From IMG/VR virus record IMGVR_UViG_3300034815_000029: DNA of 64,000 nt, one strand, 5' to 3'. This document shows positions 45,001-54,000 of the stretch, in pieces. This DNA is from an uncultured virus (IMG/VR IMGVR_UViG_3300034815_000029). Its lineage: Duplodnaviria > Heunggongvirae > Uroviricota > Caudoviricetes. Both the position numbers and the translations under genes were made by a program. Below the pieces are notes generated by a model. That model was given only the letters and a program-made list of their open reading frames with translations, had not been told where the DNA came from and searched no databases. Each line of letters starts with the position of its first letter. The first letter of the stretch is position 1.

Positions 45001-48000
45001 TCTTGTTGGTCAGGTAAATCTGGCGCATGACGGGCGCGATGCCGTCGCCGAATACCCCGCGCAGGCCGTGGTGGCCAATGGCCTCGTGGATTAGCACGAA
45101 CAAGGCACGTTGCGGCGTAGGAAGATGGTCGGCAACCAGATAGACCTGCTTGCTCTTTGGAAGATACACGCCTTCCATGTCGTTTTCGGCGTTGGCGGAA
45201 TAGACCTGATCGCGCAAGTCGGCAGGAAGATCCTCGATGGATTGAACCACCGTCAGGCTGGGCGCGTTCTTCCAGTGCGCCATGATCTTCTTGGCCATGG
45301 CTTCGACGGCCGCTTTGGGCTGGCCGCTTTGTGCGTTACCGCGCGACAACTTGGCTTCTTTATCTGCCGCAAGATCAATCAATTCTTGTGGCGTGTCATA
45401 GGCTCCGTCCAATGAATCAGCTTGCCCAATCTTTTCCCACTCTTTTATGATCGCAACCTGATAAGAGCCAACTCGAAGCTGTCCTGTTTTTTGAAGCCTA
45501 ACTTCGGCAAGTCCGAACGGTAAAGTTCTAGTGATTGTGGCGGCGCGTCCATCTGGAGTGCGGTACACATCACCCGGACGAACTGCATTGTCGCCTCTAC
45601 TATACAGCGCCGTGCCTTGGTCGGTTTCCTTGGCTACGTTGCTGCCAGAATACTCACGCAGCGCATCGCCGTAACCCATCTTCACCAGCTTGGCCTTTTG
45701 CGCCTCGATGCCGGCCGCCACGGCCGCCTTCTGTTCATCCGGTACGGCGGGGCCTTTCGCCATCAGTGCGCGCTGGACCTTCTTGTGTTCCTCCCGTGCG
45801 TGTTCCAGATCAGCCGACTGCGCAAACGGTTGCTTGGATTGCTCGACCATCGCTGCCGCGTCCTGCTTCGACTTCTCGATCTTGGCTTTGGAATCCTCCA
45901 GCGCAGCCGGCAGGCGGCCGGCATAGTTCACCAGTCGCTGAACGAATCCGCTGGCAGAGAACAATTCAGAGCCCGACCAGGTGCCGACACCACCGGTGGG
46001 GGAATCCAGAACCATGATATTAGCGTGCGGAGCGGACAGCCTGAACGATATGCCGCGGTAAACAATCGTCGCCGACTCGCGCAGCCCGGAGCGAACCAGC
46101 CCTGCAACACTTTCAATCTCCTTGATGGCCTTCTCTTTGTCGGCAAACTTCGAGGTGTTGACAGTGATTGGCGAGTAGCCATCCTTGTTCAGCGGGTGCT
46201 TCTTGATCTCGTCCAGCAGCTCCTGTAGCTCTGCCACATTCTTTGGACCGTAGGTATCGGCGTACTCCTGCGCTGCCTTGGCCTTGCGTGCCATCGCCAC
46301 CACTTCATCGGCGTGTCCGGCCTGCAATTGCTCCAGCCGGCGTACATCGTTGCGCAGTTTGGTTTCGTCCAGGATCAGCGGGTCGCCGGAAGCGGCTGCC
46401 TTCATGTCGGCTGAATTGGCGGCCTCGCCCTCGATGTCGTCGATCTCGTTGATGGTGCCGTCGAAATTGCGCAGTTGCTCGATGCCGCGAGCCTTGTGCT
46501 CCAGGATCTGCCAGCGCCGGGTGTCATAGGTCTGTTCGGTGGCATAGCGGCCGATGTAAATCTCGAAGCTGTCCGGGTTGCCGGCTTTGGCGGCGCGCTC
46601 GTAGAGCTTGTTGCCGCGGCGGATAATCCGCCCCTCGCGCTGCTCCAGATCAGACGGACGCCATGGCGCATCGATATGATGCAGGCCGACCAGCCGTTCC
46701 TGTACGTTGGTGCCGGCGCCCATCTTCGGGGTGGAGCCCAGCAGGAAGCGAATCGCGCCTTTGTTCACCGCCTTGAACAGTTTGTCCTTGGCGGCCGGTG
46801 TTGAGTAGTCATGAATGAAAGCGATTTCGCGTTCCGGTATCCCCTGCTTAATCAGCTTGGCCTTGATGTCATCGTACACGGAAAACCTGGAAGAACCGGA
46901 CATCCCGGCCACATCCTCGCGGCTGAAGAACTCGAAGCCTTCGGTTTCCACCTCGTTTTCATTGTTGTACTCGTCGATCTGCTCCTGGCTGATTTCGCCA
47001 AGCCGCTCGCGGTTTTCTATCCAGGTCTGGCGCTGGTCGGTGTTGGCCAGGATTTCATTGGCTCGGTCGCGCGCCTCCTGCTTGGTGCGCATGTCGCCGA
47101 ACAGCTTGCCGCCTGATACCGCATCGTAGGCATCGAAGCGCTTGGTATCCTTCTCGCCGCGCTGAACCACGAAGTAAGGCAGATCCTCATGCCCTTCCAG
47201 GGTGTGCAGGGTGCCGCGCTTCATTTCCAGCGCCTGATACTCGTCGCGCACATACAGCCGGCGCGCAGATGCGCCGAAGGTGGCACGGGCTGACAGGGGA
47301 ATCGACATGTCACAGAACACCAGTTGCGCGCCCTTGTCGGCGTCCCACTGGTGATAGACCTTGACCATTTTATCCACGGCCAGGTTGATCTTGCTGCCGG
47401 CGAAGTCTGGCGCGGACGGGTCAATCAGGCGATAATCCAGTCCCAGTTTGTTGGCTTCGCCCGTCAGTGACAGCGCATTGACCTTGCCCTTGGTGGCACG
47501 GGTCAGTTCGCGCAGTCTACCGAAGCGACCGAGGATAGATTCGGGGTCCACCGTCACCACCGGCGACAAGGCGCGCTCGACGATCTTCAGGCGCGCATCT
47601 TCTTCGGTGTCGAACTGGCCAATGTCGGTCAGGTATTCAATTCCTTCGCCGTTGATCTGCGTGGCCTTGGCGTGCCACTTGCCGGTATCCTTGACCTGCT
47701 CGATCTCCGGCAGCGCATTCGAGTTCAATGACAGGTCGAACTTGATGGCGCCGCTCTCGTCCTCTTCCGCGCGCGGTATGCCCATCCGTTCCGCCACCAT
47801 CGGCGAACGCTTGGCCACGACGATCTCCGGCCGGCCGCCAACCAGTTTCGGCACCGGGAAACGCTTGCCCTGCGCTTCTTCCTGCGCCTTCAAGTCGTCC
47901 AGCGTCACGGTGTCGGCGAAGGTGTTATACATGTTCATCAAGCCGGTCAGGTTGGTGAACTTGGCGAAGCGGGTAGACTGGCGATAGCCGCTGCCTGACG

Positions 48001-51000
48001 GCGAGACTTCGTAGACGTTTTCCACGCTGCCGAACTGCTTGGCCCAGGCGTCGAACACATGCAAGCCCTCTTTCTTCATGGTCGGGTACTGCATGTAACG
48101 CTGCATGTTATACATCTCGACCAGCGAGTTGGATACCGGCGTGCCAGTGGCCGAGATAAACGGCGTCTTGTCGCCGAAGGTGTCGAACAGCCAGCGCGTC
48201 TTGACGAACAGGTCGAAGGCTTTGGCTGATCCGGCCGGGTTGCCCATGCCGGGGTTGCGGTCCATCGTCGAATGGTAGGTAAGGTTCTTGAATTCGTGCA
48301 TTTCGTCGATGAACATGGCGTCTACGCCAAGCTCGTCGAACGTCACCATCTTGTCACGCTGCCCGATGTTGGCCAGCTTCTCCTTCATCTTGGCCTCCAG
48401 GTTCTTCCTGATCTTCTCCATGTCGCCGATGATGTTCCTGTCACCGCGGCCGCGCTTCATTTCCTCGATGGCCTCGGTGATCTCGTCAAGTTGCTCCTGC
48501 AATACTGCGCGCTCGGTGGCTTCAGGCAGGCCGATTTTCTTCAGAGAGGAATGGCCGATCACTACGGCGTCCCAATCCCCGGTGATGATCTTGGCGAACA
48601 TGCGCTCGCGGTTGCCCTTGCCGAAGTCCTCCGGCGTTGCCGCCAGGATATTCGAGCCGGGATACAGCCGGGTGAATTCGCTGCGCCATTGCAGGGTGAG
48701 GTGATTCGGCACCGCAAACAGCGGCTTGCGCGCAATCCCCATGCGGCGCATTTCCATCGCCAGTGCAGCCATTTCAAAGGTTTTGCCAGCCCCGACCACA
48801 TGGTCATAGAGCACCTGGTAGGATTGCAGCCCACGCCACACCCCGTTTTTCTGGTGCTCCAGCAGGGTGATGGCCGGGTTCATGCCGGGGAAAGTCATGT
48901 GTCCGCCGTCGAACTTGCGCTCCACGATACGGTTCATCTTGTCGTTGAAGATCGAGGCCACACGGTCGGCGCGTGCCGGTTCGCTCCATAGCCATTTCTG
49001 CCATTCGGCCTTGATCGCATTCTGCTTCTCGCGCGCAGCCTCAGTTTCCTTCTCCAGCAGGGTCGTCGTCGTTGAGCCGTCGCCGTTCTTGATGATCTTC
49101 TTGACCACGGCGCCGCGGCCCAACATGCTCAGACTGAACAGTTCCTGCGCGCTCAGGTGCGAGGTGCCGAACTTGCCGGTATTCAGCGCCGCATCCGCGC
49201 CGCCATGATAGGAAATCAGCCATTGCCCGGTTGCCTTGACGTAGGAGGCCGTCGCTGTGCCGCCAGATATCTGCTGGATGAACTGCTCGTAAATCTCGGC
49301 TGGGACGAAGGCCGCCCCGATAGCTGCCGAAATTTCGCTGGGTTTCTTGTCTGCGGGTATGACCGGTTCCAGCGCCTCGACGTTGCGCTTGTACTTGGGA
49401 TTGTCCAGGGCGGCCGCCTTGGCCTCGACCAGCTTGGTCTTGACATCGCCGGACAGGTATTCATCGGCGGTCACGATGCCGGATTGCGGGTCGTCAAACA
49501 CCACGTCGCCCAGCTCTTCGATAATCTCGTCGGCTGTCTTGTGGTAAACCTCAGTCATGTAATCACGGTCCACCTTGCCGCGGTAGTTGAGCGAGGCCAG
49601 CAGCGCATCCTTGGCCGTGGTCACGGTGATGAAGTCCTGCGGCGGGAAGGCGACGCGCTGCCTGAAGATATCCGCCTTGGTGGCGCTGGGCTCACGCAGC
49701 TCCAGATCTTCCTTGTCGGCAACGGCCTTGCTGATGCCCTTGTCGAAATCGAATTCCAGTCCTTGCATCAACGGCGCTTCGGTATCATCGAAGAACAGTT
49801 TGCGGTTGACCTGGCTGTTGACATGGCCGAACTGCTTGAGGAAAGTGTCGTACTGGTTGTTGAGGCGCTTGCGGTTCAGCTCGATTTCGTCCGCCGTCGC
49901 ATCAACCGATCGCTCCAGGCGCATCTGCTTGCGCATCGAATCACGCAGCCCGATCATGCCAGCCATGCGGTCCGTCGCCTTGCCATTGGGCGGGGTCCAT
50001 GGGGTTGCGGTCTTGTTGCCCATCACATCCTCGCCGCGCTGCATGATCTTGCCGCTGGCATCCATATAGTAGGAGCCCGGCTTGATCCCGTCGGGGATCG
50101 CCATATCGACGATGGCCTTGTCGGATTTGCGGTCGATGGTCTTGAAGATATCCTTCGGCAGCGTTTTTACCCATGCGTCGAGCTGGTCCTTCAGCTTGCC
50201 GCTGGCTTCGACGGTGTACTCATTGGCCGAATACATCGAACCAGCAGCAGATACCGTGCCAAGGATATTGTCAGGGTAGGCAATCAGGAACTTGTTGACC
50301 TTGTGGGTCACGGCCTCGCCGGTCTTGGGGTTGTGGTTGACCTGGTCCGCCACATCCACCCAATGCGCCGCGCCGCTAGCAGGCTCTCCGCTGTGTTTCT
50401 TCTGGAAGATCACGATGTCGGTCACAACCTCGGTGCCGGCGTTTTCCTTGAAGGCGGTATTCGGCAGGCGTGCCACCCCGATCAGGTTGGCGCGCTCGGC
50501 GATCCACTTGCGCGCGCGGTTATCCTGCGCGTCGAGGAAGTTGTGCGATACCACGACCTGCATAATTCCACCGGGACGCAGCTTGTCGATGGCCTTGGCG
50601 AGAAAGTAGTTATGGATTGAGAAACCGGAATACTGGCTGCGGTCACTGTCCACGATAGGCGAGCTGCCGAAAGGCGGATTTCCGACCACGACATCGAAGT
50701 ATTCAGCCGGGATATGGAAGTCCTCAAATCCGCTATGGGAGATTTTGGCTTTCGGGTACAGCGCCGTGACTAGCCGGCTGGTCAGAGAATCCAGTTCGAC
50801 GCCGTGCAGGTTGGACGCATTGCGCAGCGCGGCCGGCATCAGGCCGAAGAAGTTGCCCACACCGACGGAGGGCTCCAGGACGCGGCCGCCAGCAAACCCC
50901 ATGCGCTCAAGGCTGGAATACATCGCCTTGACCACATCCGGGCTGGTGTAGTGCGCGTCCAGGGTGGAAGCGCGAGCTGCTTTGAATTCAGCGTCGGTCA

Positions 51001-54000
51001 GCAGTCCTTTAAGTTCTTCGTGCTGCTTGGCCCACTGCTTGTTGGCAGGATCGAAAGCGCCCTTGAGTGCGCCCCATCCGGCATATTTGGCGATCAGCTT
51101 ACGTTCTTCTGGAGTGGCGACGCGGCTTTCTGCCTCCATCGCTTTGATGATCTTGATCGCGGCAATGTTGTCCCGGTACTTCTTGGTCAGTCCGCCCTTG
51201 CCGATTTCCTCGGCATCAATTACGAAGTCGTCGGTGGGCTCAGACTCAGGCCGTACTCCTGAATGATCTCGTGGCGCGCCAGGTGATTGTTCCCCGGATT
51301 GCTCAATACTTCCCGCTCCTGTTCCTCCTGGCTTTGCAGGGCTTCCAGATACTGCCCCGCTTCCACCAGCGCCTTCACGTCCTCCGGCCAGCCCAGCGCC
51401 CAGCGGTTGGCTATCTCGACTGCCAGTTGCGGCATCCGCTTGAGTTTCGCTTGCAGATCCTGCGGGTACTGACTCGGTTTGTATAGGGTTTGCATGGTCG
51501 TCACCATTGGTTGGTCCTGATTTGAGTGTAGCAGAATCAACGTGTTCTGCAATGTTTGCTGCATCCCATCCGCGATACCAGTCTTTTGGATTCTTACCAG
51601 ATGGCGTAGTGAAGTAGGACGGAAGCACGCGGGGCTTGCCGGCTTTGAAGTCAGCTTTTCCGGCTGCGTAGTGGGTGCCTTCGTTCGTGGCTGCTGGCTT
51701 TTGACCATCCTGCGCCAGTTCCTCGACCGTCTTGTACTCATCCTTGCGGTTGCGGATTTCAATGCCGCCGCCAGGGATGATACCGACTGACTCACTCACC
51801 CTGAATCCGCTGTCCGTGTAGAAGCGCACACCGCGCGCGTCCTGATAGATTGCCTTGCCATCCGTGTTGCGACCGACGAAGGTATCCTTGTCCGGTTCAT
51901 TCGCTGTTTGCGAACCGCGAACCTCTGGCCGGACCACATGCCGCATCCGGATGAACCAGCCGCCGTCTTTCTTGAACGTGCCGGTAGGGTCCAGCGTGCG
52001 CGCCTGCTTCTCGGTCAAGGTCTTGGCAATCACGCCTTTAATAGTCTTGCCGGCGCCGCCTTTGGTCACATGCTCGACTTCTGGCAGATTGGTTTCCAGC
52101 TTGTCGCCGACGATCTTCTCGATGTTCCCGAAGTTGGTTTCGGTAACATCCGTCTTGGATGGCGTTGTATCTTTAGTGAAATCATCAACCGGATTGGCCG
52201 CGGAATTAGCGCCATGCCAACCTGCGCTCCACTCATCCGCAGATTTTATTGTTTCACTTGCGCTTTTGCCTTTGATATAGGCGTCAATGTAATCCTTGTC
52301 CATGGCGGGTGAGGATAGCTTGCCAGCCTTGAATGCGGCGGCCCCCATTTCTCTGGCGGATAGCTTGGGTTTATCCTCTGCCTTTGGCTCCGGATTGATG
52401 GTTTTCGCGTAGGCGATAGCCGCCTCTTCCGTAGGGAATATCTTGGCCTCCAGCGTGAACTCGCCAGAATCCGTGTCCTTCTGGACCACATTGAACCGGC
52501 CATTCGTGCCGGTGACAACGTGAGACTCCATGCCGGTATCTTCATTGCGGAAGATATGGAGCGGCCCGGCAGGTTTATCTGCTTGCAGACTATCAACATC
52601 GACCGACTCGACCGAAGCAGCACTATCCATTTCACTTGAGAAGGCGGCAGCGCGTGGATCGAATTTAACCCCCAAAAACCAGCTTTTCAGGTAAGGCTTC
52701 ACCGCGTCGCCCAAATCCTCGATCATCGCCTTGGCGTAGGCCGTGAAGGTGCGTGCGCCTTTTTCTATATGATACCCGGCCAAAGTAATCCCGGCCTGCA
52801 TGACTTCCGGGTCCAGCCCGGTGTTGACCTGTCCGAGTTTCTTCTTCAGCAATGCGCGCGCAGCGGCGGCGGCATCTTCGGTGAATATGGTATTGGTAGA
52901 TGGCTTGCTAGATTGCTGGCTTGCTGGCTCATTGCGTAGATCAAACCCGCCCTGGGTGTTGAACATGTCCACTTGATCTGACGTAACGCTCGGACCGGTC
53001 GCCTTGTTGGCTTCGCGCTCGGCCTTGTCTGCGGCGGCTTTGGCTTTTCTTTCTGCTGCGGCTACCTGGCTTTCGGTTTGTCCTTCGAGGCTGAACTCTT
53101 GTGATGGGCTATCGACTCCTGCGCTTTCTCCAGGTGCTTCGCCCGGATGATCTTCTCCGCGACTTTCCGCGCCGCGGGTGTCAGCTTCGCCATGTCCGCC
53201 TTCAGTTCCTGTAGCCGTTCCTTCATCGGTGCTTTCATTGAAATCTCCAAAAATTGCCGCTTCTTCTTCCTCGATGGTCTTGAATTGCTTGCTGGTAATC
53301 TTGTTCGCCGTCCGGATGTCCATGAACGGGATGTCGTCCAGCATGTCCTCGTCGGCTGCGACCACTTCCGATACCGCGGACTGGTCCGCTTCGGTCAGGT
53401 CGTCGTAGCCATGGCGCACGCCTTCATGCTCCTGCTCCGGCTCTTCGCCGCGCTGGTGCTGTGCATACTTGCTGCCCTGATCCTTGTCATTATAGAGCTT
53501 GTCGAGCATGTCATTCATGTCGTGCTCATCCAGGTAGCCATGCTCATGCAGGGCGCCGGCCATGTCATCGGGCTTCTTGCCGTTCTTATTGAACAGGAAC
53601 ACCGGCAATCCGCTGCCGACCTGGATCTTCATGTTGCCCGTCACGCCCAGCAGGGTGCGGATATCGTTGGCTTCCACGCTGTCGGTATGGAATCCGCCCA
53701 GCTTGCCGATGGCGGTAATCAGGCTGTCGCGGGTATTATCCACGATGCGCTTGGCCTTGACCTTGGGCTTGGGCTCTTCCTTCTCGACGCCGAACACCTT
53801 GACGCCGCGGCCGATTGCGCCGGCTGCCTTCAGGGCATCGCGGATCTGCGCATTGCTCGCTCCCGGCTTGACAGTGATGTCCTCGCCAGTCTCGAAATGC
53901 TGCGCCGGATACTTTCCGATGAAGATCGCGCCGTCCTTGACGGTGATCGGCTCGGCATTGTTCGGCATGGTGCCGATAGACAAGACCTTGGGACCGGCTG